Shown in pieces: positions 9,376-17,769 of a stretch of 64,000 bases of DNA; the stretch's first letter is position 1, and each line of letters starts with the position of its first letter. Below the pieces are notes generated by a model that saw only the letters and a program-made list of their open reading frames with translations, was not told the origin of the DNA and did no database searches. Source of the stretch: a virus (Duplodnaviria > Caudoviricetes); the IMG/VR virus record IMGVR_UViG_2747842506_000001, positions 16,081-80,080 of that record. One strand, written 5' to 3'. The position numbers and the translations under genes were made by a program.

Positions 9376-9540
9376 ATGCCTGCTAAATGTCCCTGCTGTG
9401 GAGCGATCTTGACGGATGCACAGGTGCGATCCATTCATTCACAGATGATAGGGAGCCGACCGAAGCCTTCTTCCGCAGAAAACGGAAAGAAGGGAGGCAG
9501 GCCCAAGGGTTCAAAGAACAAGCCGAAGGAAAGTGCATAA
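9376..9540 (+). CDS. 54-aa protein with CPCC knuckle and AT-hook-like tail
   Basis: Manual translation MPAKCPCCGAILTDAQVRSIHSQMIGSRPKPSSAENGKKGGRPKGSKNKPKESA*; GGAGA RBS upstream and terminator immediately after. Confidence 0.65.
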   Translation: MPAKCPCCGAILTDAQVRSIHSQMIGSRPKPSSAENGKKGGRPKGSKNKPKESA

Positions 9541-9576
9541 AAAAAGCCTCGTTCCAAGTGGAGCGAGGATTTTTTT
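9541..9576 (+). terminator. Intrinsic terminator
   Basis: AAAAAG-CCTCGTTCCA-AG-TGGAGCGAGG-ATTTTTTT hairpin plus U-tract. Confidence 0.7.
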
Positions 9577-9600
9577 GTCAATTTTTAGTTTTTCCTTAAA

Positions 9601-9643
9601 AAATTCAAAAAAAACTTGACTTTGTTTTTTTTTGTTTACATTA
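9601..9643 (+). promoter_or_regulatory. Repeated moron promoter module, copy 1
   Basis: TTGACTTTG-T9-GTTTACATT; near-identical modules at 11984-12030(-), 12612-12655(-) and 17770-17811(+). Confidence 0.7.
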
Positions 9644-9675
9644 CTATCTGAAATTTCATTTTAAGGAGTTATTAT

Positions 9676-9996
9676 ATGGATTATTTTTGCAAGAAATGCG
9701 GCTATAAGTGCAGTGATTTATGGACTCTGGTAAACAACCCTTGCTCTATGGGCGGAAATCATGAAGCATATGAAGGACATGAAAATGGCCCGTATCACTG
9801 CAAGAAGTGCGGCTACCAAAGCAATGATTTTTGGACTCTGGTAAACAACCCTTGCTCTAAGGGCGGAAATCATGAAGCATATGAAGGACATGAAAAAGGC
9901 CCCTATCATTGTAAGAAATGTGGCTACCAGAGCAGTGACTTTTGGACACTAGTCAACAATCCTTGCTCTAAGGGCGGAAATCACGAAGCTATGTAG
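9676..9996 (+). CDS. Protein of three tandem 37-aa C-x2-C-x14-C-x5-H (zinc-finger-like) repeats
   Basis: Three ~111-bp direct repeats encoding CKKCGY...WTLVNNPCS.GGNH; AAGGAG RBS. Confidence 0.8.
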   Translation: MDYFCKKCGYKCSDLWTLVNNPCSMGGNHEAYEGHENGPYHCKKCGYQSNDFWTLVNNPCSKGGNHEAYEGHEKGPYHCKKCGYQSSDFWTLVNNPCSKGGNHEAM

Positions 9997-10010
9997 TTCA
10001 AAATTTTTGA

Positions 10011-10844
10011 GTGATACTTATGGAAAATGAAGAATTAAAAAAACCTTCTGTTTATGAAAAACAACAAATCGAAGCTATTACTACCTGGGAGAAAGAGCCG
10101 CCTTCTGTAGTGAATCAGGCTTTTGGAGTGGTGAGTAAACCAGTGGCTTGGGTTGTTCAGAAGTTAGTTCCTCAAAAGGCTATTGAAGGTGCGCTAAGTT
10201 TAGCAAATGGCGCAGGGAATCTTCTTGCGGATACGAAGGACATTCTTAGGGATGGCAAGGTTTCGTCAATTGAAGATTTGAAACATGTAAATCTGGAAGT
10301 CTGTGATGGACTCGCCAATAGCGTCCACAACTGGGCTTTAGGAATTGCAGCCGTAGAAGGCGGCGCTGCAGGATATTTTGGCTTGCCTGGCATGGCTGTC
10401 GATATTCCTGCGTTAATTACATTCTCGCTCCGTTCAATACATAAAGTTGGACTTTGCTATGGATATGAGGCAAAGACTTCTGAAGATGAAAAGTTTGTGA
10501 TGATGGCTCTTTCTTCCGCGGGTGCAAACAATCCTGCTGAAAAAGCCGCTTCTGTTTTGGCAATGCGTGAAATTCAACAAACCATTTTGAAACAGACTTG
10601 GAAAAAGATGGCGCAAACCGCGGCTGAAAAACAATTAAGCAAAGAAGCGGGAATTATCGCGGTCAAAAACCTTGCTAAACAACTGGGTATCAACATCACA
10701 AAACGAAAAGCATTGCAAGCCATTCCCTTCATTGGCGCTGGCATTGGAGCCACGATGAATGTTCAGTATATAAATGACATTTGTTGGGCCGCTAGAAGAT
10801 CGTTCCAAAAAAGATGGCTCGAAGAAAACATGATTGAATTGTAG
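10011..10844 (+). CDS. EcsC-family protein
   Basis: EGGAAGYFGLPGMAVDIPAL, GLCYGY, KALQAIPFIGAGIGATMN pattern. Confidence 0.75.
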   Translation: MILMENEELKKPSVYEKQQIEAITTWEKEPPSVVNQAFGVVSKPVAWVVQKLVPQKAIEGALSLANGAGNLLADTKDILRDGKVSSIEDLKHVNLEVCDGLANSVHNWALGIAAVEGGAAGYFGLPGMAVDIPALITFSLRSIHKVGLCYGYEAKTSEDEKFVMMALSSAGANNPAEKAASVLAMREIQQTILKQTWKKMAQTAAEKQLSKEAGIIAVKNLAKQLGINITKRKALQAIPFIGAGIGATMNVQYINDICWAARRSFQKRWLEENMIEL

Positions 10845-10874
10845 AAACTAGAATTGCATAATATGGTTTGAATT

Positions 10875-11522
10875 ATGTTTTCCATTGCTAATGTCTCGGA
10901 GCTGTTCAAGGATGCTGAATATGTGAACTTTTACCCCTTTGTGGGTGAAAGTTATTTTTCTGCGTCACATAAAATTCTTGTATTGGGAGAATCTCACTAT
11001 GGTTCCAAAACCATAAATTCCAATCGTGATTTTACGAATTGGATTGTGGGTGATGATTATCTTTTGCCTAAAATAGATGGTAAGGGTTTTCCTCGCTACA
11101 CACGAGGCTTTGATAATACAGCCCGTGTTCTAGCTGAATGTTCCAATAGGGATTCATACAAGGTTTACCGAGAAATTGCATTCTACAACTATTTTCAAGA
11201 AACAGTTGGTGAAGGCAATCATCGATCCAAGGCATTTCTGACTCCACAGCTTGTAGAAATATCACGCAAGGCTTTAGCAGAAGTATTGGAAATCCTGAAA
11301 CCGGATTTGGTTGTGGGTTGGGGTTATAGTAGGCTGGAATGGGAATGGCTCCCTCATGATCGGAAACAAATTTGGCAAGTTCCAGGCAAACTTCACCTGT
11401 TTACCATTGATGAATATCCGCCAGTTCCTTTTTGGTGTATGAAGCATCCCTCGAATTTCTTCCCGGTGGACTTGCATAGGGAATTATTTGCACTTGTAAA
11501 AGAACATCTCTGGGGCAAATAA
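10875..11522 (+). CDS. Uracil-DNA-glycosylase-like superfamily protein
   Basis: ILVLGESHY, AFYNY, LKPDLVVGWG and HPS match the UDG-like motif order. Confidence 0.55.
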   Translation: MFSIANVSELFKDAEYVNFYPFVGESYFSASHKILVLGESHYGSKTINSNRDFTNWIVGDDYLLPKIDGKGFPRYTRGFDNTARVLAECSNRDSYKVYREIAFYNYFQETVGEGNHRSKAFLTPQLVEISRKALAEVLEILKPDLVVGWGYSRLEWEWLPHDRKQIWQVPGKLHLFTIDEYPPVPFWCMKHPSNFFPVDLHRELFALVKEHLWGK

Positions 11523-11534
11523 TAGATTGTTTCC

Positions 11535-11568
11535 AAAAAAGCCTCGCTCCATCTGGAACGAGGCTAAA
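11535..11568. terminator. Terminator between convergent moron operons
   Basis: AAAAAAGCCTCGCTCCA-TC-TGGAACGAGGCT hairpin; same family as the 9541 and 12276 hairpins. Confidence 0.65.
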
Positions 11569-11571
11569 TTC

Positions 11572-11739
11572 TTACTTCGCTTCGTGATTGCGAATGTTTT
11601 CTAGGGACGCGTAGAGGTGTTTAGCTCTGGCGTAATGTTCTCCGCCTTCGCCCTGCTTTGCCTTTGCCCATTCTCTATCAGCTTGTTTCTTTCTGAGAGC
11701 TAGCAGACGCTCTTTTCCAGCTTCTGTCATTTGGACCAT
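11572..11739 (-). pseudogene. Small gene, possibly frameshifted
   Basis: GAGG RBS + MVQMTEAGKERLLALRER. A one-base shift in an A-rich run gives KQADREWAKAKQGEGGEHYARAKHLYASLENIRNHEAK*, which ends right at the terminator. Confidence 0.35.
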
Positions 11740-11749
11740 TTAGGAACCT

Positions 11750-11938
11750 CTAGTCATCTCTGCGCAATCTTTCTGCTGCTTCGTAAAGACCAGCAGCTTT
11801 TTGATTTGCAATGTTTCTTTGAGAACTGCTCAGTTTGCGATCACCGACATAGCCGCTTCTTGCTGCGTTTTCGTAGCTTCTTGCGGAGGTTTCTGCACAC
11901 TTGGAAGCAAAATTCGATAGCTTATCAAAAAATCCCAT
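11750..11938 (-). CDS. Small hypothetical protein (62 aa, MGFFDKLSNF...)
   Basis: GAGG RBS; lies downstream of promoter module copy 2. Confidence 0.65.
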   Translation of the reverse strand: MGFFDKLSNFASKCAETSARSYENAARSGYVGDRKLSSSQRNIANQKAAGLYEAAERLRRDD

Positions 11939-11983
11939 ATTTTTTCCTCTCGTGTTTTCGATCAGTTCATTCCGACCATCCTT

Positions 11984-12077
11984 AATGTAAACAAAAAAAA
12001 ACATTGTCAAGTGTTTTTTGAATTTTTCTCAAAAAAGTTGTGGATAAACAAAAAAATCCGCCGAAACAGCGGATTTT
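11984..12077 (-). promoter_or_regulatory. Terminator + repeated promoter module, copy 2
   Basis: Minus strand: AAAATCCGC..GCGGATTTTTT hairpin, TTATCCACA (perfect DnaA-box sequence), then TTGACAATG-T9-GTTTACATT. Confidence 0.7.
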
Positions 12078-12101
12078 GAGTTGGGTTTTGGCAACAAATA
12101 A

Positions 12102-12248
12102 TTATGGCATACTCTTGCTTAAATCTTCCATGAGTTTTGAAAGTTTTTCTAAAAAGGCAGGGAGTCGTTTTAAGATCGCCCAAAGAACCTTAAATGGAAC
12201 TTTGATTATTTTTAAAAGAACTTGCCCGATTTCTTTAGTAGTTTCCAT
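12102..12248 (-). CDS. 48-aa basic amphipathic peptide
   Basis: METTKEIGQVLLKIIKVPFKVLWAILKRLPAFLEKLSKLMEDLSKSMP; flanked by terminators. Confidence 0.5.
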   Translation of the reverse strand: METTKEIGQVLLKIIKVPFKVLWAILKRLPAFLEKLSKLMEDLSKSMP

Positions 12249-12325
12249 GGTCTTTTCCCTTTTTTTGCATGATTTAAAAAGCCTCACTCAAAACTGAGCG
12301 AGGTTTTTCGCTTGAAGATGGAATG

Positions 12326-12523
12326 TTATCCAACGTAGTGGGAATCCTTTTTATTTCCGTTTTCATCATAAACTTCAATCCAACCATTTGCCTTTATTGA
12401 AACGGTTGTCGATGTGAATCCTTGGAGATGATCACCACTCCCAAGGTAAATGGATGCTGATCGATTATTATTTTCATCATAAATTTCAACCCAGCCATTA
12501 TGTTCGTATGCAGTAGAAATCAT
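12326..12523 (-). CDS. Small beta-rich hypothetical protein with internal duplication
   Basis: NGWVEIYDENNN / NGWIEVYDENGN repeat; AAGG RBS; downstream of promoter copy 3. Confidence 0.7.
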   Translation of the reverse strand: MISTAYEHNGWVEIYDENNNRSASIYLGSGDHLQGFTSTTVSIKANGWIEVYDENGNKKDSHYVG

Positions 12524-12611
12524 GTTTAACCTTCTTATTCAAAGCCTCTTTTGCAGATGCTGTGGTTGAGGCTGACCGAACAGCACTGCAGAATATTTTT
12601 CTGCATTTCCT

Positions 12612-12705
12612 AATGTAAACAAAAAAAACATTGTCAAGCTTTTTTTGATTTTTCCTCAAAAAAGTTGTTGATAGATGAAAAAATCCACCGTTTCTGGTGG
12701 ATTTT
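12612..12705 (-). promoter_or_regulatory. Terminator + repeated promoter module, copy 3
   Basis: Minus strand: AAAATCCACC..GGTGGATTTTTT hairpin (ends the lysis operon), then TTGACAATG-T8-GTTTACATT. Confidence 0.7.
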
Positions 12706-12710
12706 CTGCG

Positions 12711-13148
12711 TCATTTGAACAGTTTCTGTCCTCTGGGTGTTCCAACAGTCCAGCCGACATGAATGAACTTAATGGTCGAGGATTTGTCCCCGGCTTTTTT
12801 GTTATACATAATCAACTGGTCAATCTGCATTTCCTTCATCTTGCTTTCCAGAAGCGCATAAAGCTCGCGATTGTCGCTCTCCTTTCCGGAATAGGCGCAA
12901 ATGTCCGCTGCAAGCGCCTGCAGGTGCATGGAAGTCTTTGAACCGTCCACAGCTTCATTTACCAGCCTGGAACGGTACACGCTGTTTACGCGGATGGCGC
13001 GTCCAAACAGGTTTCTTACAGTTTGAAGTCTCTTGGCTGTTTCCAGAACATTTTCCAGCTGCTCAAGGGTTGAGGGAAAGTTTGGGAGACCTGTGTTCGT
13101 CACCAGCATTTCAGCCAGCGTGAAGTTCTTTATTTCCTTGGCGATCAT
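12711..13148 (-). CDS. Endolysin, peptidase M15 family
   Basis: NSVYRS..VNEAVDGSKTSMHLQALAADI (SxHxxxxAxD) and FIHVG; located at the end of the late operon. Confidence 0.85.
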   Translation of the reverse strand: MIAKEIKNFTLAEMLVTNTGLPNFPSTLEQLENVLETAKRLQTVRNLFGRAIRVNSVYRSRLVNEAVDGSKTSMHLQALAADICAYSGKESDNRELYALLESKMKEMQIDQLIMYNKKAGDKSSTIKFIHVGWTVGTPRGQKLFK

Positions 13149-13600
13149 ACTTTCTCCATCGTGACAAGTTTTGAACATTTGAGGTTATCGTCACCCCAGT
13201 GCAGACAGGCGAACCATTCCAGTGCCTTATCGGCACAGCCAGCCTTGAAACGGCTTATTCCGGAAATACGGAGGATGCCTCGGAAGATGCTGTCGCATTG
13301 CTCCCGCGAGAAAACGCCAAAACCTTTGTTTCCGTAAAGTGCATCGTGAATGATGCCTGCCCAGTTGTAGATTTTGTTGTTATCATCCCAGCTAGGCAAG
13401 AACCATTGGAAAATCTTGGGAACACTTAAACCGTCGCATTTATAGTCTGGCTTGAACTTGAATATGACCTTGTATTCCTTTCCGTCCAGCGTGTACGAAA
13501 CGCAGACTTTCGTTGCGATTTGCAGCAAATAGCAATCACGTTTCTTTAGCCAGCAGGTCGGAGGGGCCTCGATTGCCGTTACATGGAGTTCCTGTTTCAC
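13145..13600 (-). CDS. DUF1353-like phage protein
   Basis: CDGLSVPKIFQW, AGIIHDALY, SREQCDSIF pattern. Confidence 0.7.
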   Translation of the reverse strand: MKQELHVTAIEAPPTCWLKKRDCYLLQIATKVCVSYTLDGKEYKVIFKFKPDYKCDGLSVPKIFQWFLPSWDDNNKIYNWAGIIHDALYGNKGFGVFSREQCDSIFRGILRISGISRFKAGCADKALEWFACLHWGDDNLKCSKLVTMEKV

Positions 13601-13857
13601 TTGTGACCCGCCCTTATTTCTCCGATAAGCTGGTTCAATGATTCGTTCATCCTGTCAATCTTGCTGTCGAGACTCTTGAAATTGGAATCCCCATCATCAA
13701 GACGTTTGTCATTATGCTTCATGCGTTCCTCAAGAACTGCAAATCTTTCGTCGATGCTTTTCTTTGCCGAGGCAACCTTGCTGTCGGAGTGAAGTGCTTT
13801 CACGACAGCGCCTATGGCGGTGGCTACCGCGCCTACGTCAAGTCCTGTAATTTCCAT
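13597..13857 (-). CDS. Small hydrophobic/coiled-coil protein, possible holin
   Basis: N-terminal hydrophobic stretch then coiled coil; position before the lysis genes. Confidence 0.45.
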   Translation of the reverse strand: MEITGLDVGAVATAIGAVVKALHSDSKVASAKKSIDERFAVLEERMKHNDKRLDDGDSNFKSLDSKIDRMNESLNQLIGEIRAGHK

Positions 13858-13866
13858 GGTTGCTCC

Positions 13867-14646
13867 TTACGGAATGACATATCCGCGCCAGCTTACCTGG
13901 GGACTTCTGGAACCGCTGAAATTGGTGTCGCCTTCCAGCTTGAGATAGAGATTTGAATGGTCCTCGCTACCTCCGAAAGCGTATCTTCCGACGATTCGTC
14001 CGTAGTGCCATTCCTGATCCGTGTAGCCGGAAAAGTCGAAGGAGTCCACAAGATTATTGTTCCTGTCGAACAGCTTCACGACTGCATGGGAAAGCGGATA
14101 GGTAGTGATGTTCTTGAATCCAATGGTAAAGTCATAGAAGCCTCTGTAATACACTGGATTGAACAAGGTAACGTCCGCCAGAACGGTACTTGCGGAACCG
14201 CCGCCTGTGATTGTGACGCTCTTGCTTCCCTTGCTTGCAGAGAAATCGATATTGTCACCGCTTACATTCCAAATCTTGTCGGAGGTGATGGCGTTTTTTG
14301 CAATCTTATCTTCCGTGACAGCGTTGTCCTTTAGCATTTCCGTTGTGATTCGGTTGTCGCGGATTGTTGTGGAAAGCTGTTTGCCTCCTCGCGTATCAAT
14401 GACAGAAAACCAGATATCGCCATGACGATGCTCCGGGCTGTCCGACAGGGAAAATTTCTGTTCAAGGGGGGCTGGGTATTCATCCTCGGAATTGACGATT
14501 ACCTTGGCACAATGCAGCTGCAGTCTGGAAAGTTTCAGCTTTCTATCTCGGTTGCTTCCACTTCCATGGACGATGTAGATGAGGTCGTTTTCGGAAAGTT
14601 CGCCAGCGTCCAACAGTTCCAAAAGGGTTGTAATATTTTCTGCCAT
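13867..14646 (-). CDS. Putative tail fibre/receptor-binding-associated protein
   Basis: DNRITTEML/DNAVTEDKI/KNAITSDKI repeats seen in fibre shafts; post-baseplate position. Confidence 0.55.
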   Translation of the reverse strand: MAENITTLLELLDAGELSENDLIYIVHGSGSNRDRKLKLSRLQLHCAKVIVNSEDEYPAPLEQKFSLSDSPEHRHGDIWFSVIDTRGGKQLSTTIRDNRITTEMLKDNAVTEDKIAKNAITSDKIWNVSGDNIDFSASKGSKSVTITGGGSASTVLADVTLFNPVYYRGFYDFTIGFKNITTYPLSHAVVKLFDRNNNLVDSFDFSGYTDQEWHYGRIVGRYAFGGSEDHSNLYLKLEGDTNFSGSRSPQVSWRGYVIP

Positions 14647-14661
14647 TATGAAGTCTCCTTG

Positions 14662-15729
14662 CTACACGTCGGAAGCGCCGAAGGAAATGAATGGAATCTT
14701 TGCGGCTGTGTTGAAAGAACCGTTGATGGGGTCCATGAAGTCAACGCTGTTGCCGAGGGTTGATTCCAGGTTCTGACGGAGGTCAAAATCGTAGAGGTAG
14801 TTCGCGTTCTCGCGATCTTTTGCCGCGAGCTGTACGCCGACAGACCAGACTTGGACTATGTAGCGGGTGTTTCGCTTGATCTTGAGCGTTCCCTGCGATG
14901 TTTCTCTCATGTCAAAAGAACAGAACTGCGTCCCGCTGGTAAAATCCTTGCCGACGTGGCGCAGACCTGTATGGCCCAGCAGATTACCCCTTGTGTCAAA
15001 GACCCCGATGCAGAGGCAGGCCCAGTCAAGGACGCTTCCAGCAAGAGCGATGGTGCATTTGGTGATGGAACCCTGGGCGTCCGAAATTCTCATGCACTGG
15101 TAAATTTTAGCGTTGCAATAGCTGTAGGAACGGAACTCGTTATCGCCCCATTCTAGTTCCTCGAAGCCATCTTGAAGCCCGTAGGCGCCATAGTTGTTTG
15201 TGTTGCTGTCAATCTCGCTTTCCGGCATTGTGGTGAGTTTCGGGTCACTTTCTCCCGTCAAGTTCAGTCCGATGCGTAAAGTGCCGTTCATGGGCGTAAG
15301 CGTGATTTCGTCCGCGTCAGAAACGAGAATGTCTTTCAGGAAGCCAGCGACAGAATCTTCGTCGATGGAAACCTTGTGATCGCCGGAAGTAGAAACATCA
15401 TCTTCCCAATGGATTCCGTTTGGTCCGCCAATCTTGAGAACCTTCATGTCCTGGATTCCGGGAACGTCAATTTTGGGTACTAGGTAGCCAGCGACAACTC
15501 CGCCGACATTCAGCTGGATAACGGTAGGTGTTCGGACAGTATTCACGCTTACGTCCCCATGGACGGTGGGGGCGTAGGTGCTGGAGGAATAAGTCGCCAG
15601 CGAGGCGAACTGTGCGACCGGAACCTTGAAAGTTTTTCCGTCAATGCTTACGGGAACGTAGCCCTGCGCCTTGATCTCCGCGAGGGTGCTTTCTTCCAGC
15701 TCTAAAATCTTGACATTTTCTTCCGTCAT
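14662..15729 (-). CDS. Putative tail fibre/spike protein
   Basis: 355-aa beta-rich ORF directly after the baseplate wedge genes. Confidence 0.5.
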   Translation of the reverse strand: MTEENVKILELEESTLAEIKAQGYVPVSIDGKTFKVPVAQFASLATYSSSTYAPTVHGDVSVNTVRTPTVIQLNVGGVVAGYLVPKIDVPGIQDMKVLKIGGPNGIHWEDDVSTSGDHKVSIDEDSVAGFLKDILVSDADEITLTPMNGTLRIGLNLTGESDPKLTTMPESEIDSNTNNYGAYGLQDGFEELEWGDNEFRSYSYCNAKIYQCMRISDAQGSITKCTIALAGSVLDWACLCIGVFDTRGNLLGHTGLRHVGKDFTSGTQFCSFDMRETSQGTLKIKRNTRYIVQVWSVGVQLAAKDRENANYLYDFDLRQNLESTLGNSVDFMDPINGSFNTAAKIPFISFGASDV

Positions 15730-15738
15730 TTTCTGTTC

Positions 15739-16359
15739 CTATAGGATGAAGTGCCTGCCATCTTCCGTTAGCAGGGGCAATCCCTGTTCGCTTGAGAGGT
15801 ATCCGTTGTCGATGATGTTCTTGTCCTGTGCGACAGCGAGAATGAGCTTGTGTGGCTGTTCCACCGTTGCGAGCGCCTTTCCGGAAGTCAGTCTGAATGA
15901 AGCTCCGGGTAAGCCAAGGACGCCCGCAGGCGCCAACGAGGCGACAGTCTTGCGACTTAACTGTTTTCCCTTGGGTGTATAGACGAAAAAGACGCCATCA
16001 ACCTCGTCAAGGTATTGCGGGTTTCTGTCCTTTGATAGGTCCGCCGCATTCTGGATGATGTTCTGGGGCGTTCCCGCGGTACTCTGCTTGAAAAGGATTT
16101 TCAGCCTGTCGCGGTAGCTTTTGTCACTTTCGCCATCATCGCGCGGCAGGTTTCGCAGTTTTCCGATAATATCAAGCCAGTTCCCGTCAGCTTCTTCGAT
16201 ATTCGCGAAGTTCGCAAGTCTGTAGGAGCTGTCCTCGATGTCCTGAAAACAGTTGGTCACCTTCTCTATCATGGAGAGAAGGTTGGTGGATTCCTTGTAC
16301 TGGGTGATTACAAGGCTTTGCAGCTTTTTCCAGAGATTGTCTATATGTTGGAGAGCCAT
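15739..16359 (-). CDS. Baseplate wedge protein (DUF2612-like)
   Basis: Start MALQHID overlaps the baseplate J stop; ITQYKES, ADGNWLDIIGK, ESDKSYRDRL. Confidence 0.7.
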   Translation of the reverse strand: MALQHIDNLWKKLQSLVITQYKESTNLLSMIEKVTNCFQDIEDSSYRLANFANIEEADGNWLDIIGKLRNLPRDDGESDKSYRDRLKILFKQSTAGTPQNIIQNAADLSKDRNPQYLDEVDGVFFVYTPKGKQLSRKTVASLAPAGVLGLPGASFRLTSGKALATVEQPHKLILAVAQDKNIIDNGYLSSEQGLPLLTEDGRHFIL

Positions 16360-17339
16360 TATCCCTCCAGCGTTACGGAAACGTCCTCTGCAGCGATTGT
16401 AACCGTCGTGTCGTCGCTGACGGGGATTCTGCTGCTGGACCAGTTCTCGGAATAGACTTGTGCGACCTGGACCGTGATTGCATCCACGCCTGTGATTCCG
16501 CTGTAGATCGGGACGCACATTCTCTGCGGGATGATATCCTTTCCGCTGGTAAATTCATTTGAAGCCCAGTCTGAAATGAGCTGCTGGATTTTTTCAGCAT
16601 AGTCTGTGGGTAGGGCTTCCTCATCATATTGCGTGATGGAGACCTTGACCTTGTAGGCGATGCCCTTGATGAACTGGAAACAGACCTTGTGAAGGAAACC
16701 TGCCGCATCCCTGGCAATGCCGAAGCTGTCTCCTGTTCCCTTGATTCCCGCAGGCTTGCAGTTCCAAATCTTCTGGGCTATATAGCTTTCCACGCTGTTT
16801 TCGCGCGTGGCATCCTCAAGAATGGAAATCCAGTCCTTATCCGTCTGGTCAATCATGTCGGTTGAAAAGCTGGAAGGGACATAGATGGCGAAATGGTGGG
16901 GAGGAATACCTTCGGTTTCCACGTCCTCGCAGTTTTCCTTGAGGGCGACGCTGGCGGTGATGTTTTCGCGAAGGTAGGTCAGCATCCCGTTTGGAGTAGC
17001 CAAGCCCTCAAAGGTCGCCTGTTCAATTCTTTCACGCAGCGATTCGTCGCTTTCGCCCTCGTTTCGCGTAAGTCCAGCAATGGAGGCGAGCATATCCAGG
17101 AACGCGCCTGTTGCTGTGGAAACGTCGATGTTTGCGCCTACAGTCTGGATCGCCTGGGCAAGTTCCGTGTACATATAGGCGAGAAGGTCCACCAGCATCC
17201 CGTCGGGGGCGCTGGGGTCAAGGTTGATGCCTGCGCCAAAGACTTCCACAAAGGCCGTGGCTATGGCCTGGCGTATTTCACGAAAGCTCTTGATTGAAAT
17301 TCCGGAATTGCTGTCGATTGCGACTGCGCCTATCGCCAT
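16359..17339 (-). CDS. Baseplate J-like protein
   Basis: DPSAPDG, TATGAFLD, ESDESLRERI, GIPPHH, IAQKIWNCKPAGI. Confidence 0.8.
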   Translation of the reverse strand: MAIGAVAIDSNSGISIKSFREIRQAIATAFVEVFGAGINLDPSAPDGMLVDLLAYMYTELAQAIQTVGANIDVSTATGAFLDMLASIAGLTRNEGESDESLRERIEQATFEGLATPNGMLTYLRENITASVALKENCEDVETEGIPPHHFAIYVPSSFSTDMIDQTDKDWISILEDATRENSVESYIAQKIWNCKPAGIKGTGDSFGIARDAAGFLHKVCFQFIKGIAYKVKVSITQYDEEALPTDYAEKIQQLISDWASNEFTSGKDIIPQRMCVPIYSGITGVDAITVQVAQVYSENWSSSRIPVSDDTTVTIAAEDVSVTLEG

Positions 17340-17341
17340 AT

Positions 17342-17692
17342 CTAAAACGCTCCGATGATGTATTCATCGTCCTTGCTTCGGACGCTGAACTTTCCGGAAA
17401 TGTTTCTTCCGTCTGCCTTGATTTCTATGGAGACCACCTCCTTGACGCCATCGACTTTTTCGATCTTCTCGCGGAGTATTTTCTGGGCGACGTCAAGATG
17501 GTTCATGGGAAGCCCCGCGACCTTTTCAAGCCAGGGGACGCCATGCTCTCGGTTCGTGAATGCTTCGCCTTCTTCTGTCCTTAAAAGACAGTGAACCGCC
17601 TGCTGGACGCGCTTCTGCATACGCGAAATGCGGCAGATATGGTCTCCTTGCAGGAAAATGTCGTGGGAACTGTTGAGGGCCAATTCATTCAT
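17342..17692 (-). CDS. Baseplate/sheath-initiator protein (gp25/gp46-like)
   Basis: LRTEEGEAFTNREHGVPW, VDGVKEV; precedes baseplate J. Confidence 0.7.
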   Translation of the reverse strand: MNELALNSSHDIFLQGDHICRISRMQKRVQQAVHCLLRTEEGEAFTNREHGVPWLEKVAGLPMNHLDVAQKILREKIEKVDGVKEVVSIEIKADGRNISGKFSVRSKDDEYIIGAF

Positions 17693-17769
17693 TCCCCCTA
17701 AATTAGGCACGAAAAAGGCGCCCCTCAATGGAGCGCCAAACTAAGCCAAAAGACACCAAAATTTGAGAA

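Noticed and set aside
12039-12047. Replication origin at a perfect DnaA box (TTATCCACA, minus strand)
   Set aside because: Single box, degenerate in the duplicated module; no cluster.
12543-12605. preQ1 riboswitch
   Set aside because: Tempting given the que genes, but the stem length and 3' tail do not match the preQ1-I consensus as I recall it, and it is not upstream of que genes. Retained only as a generic pseudoknot candidate.
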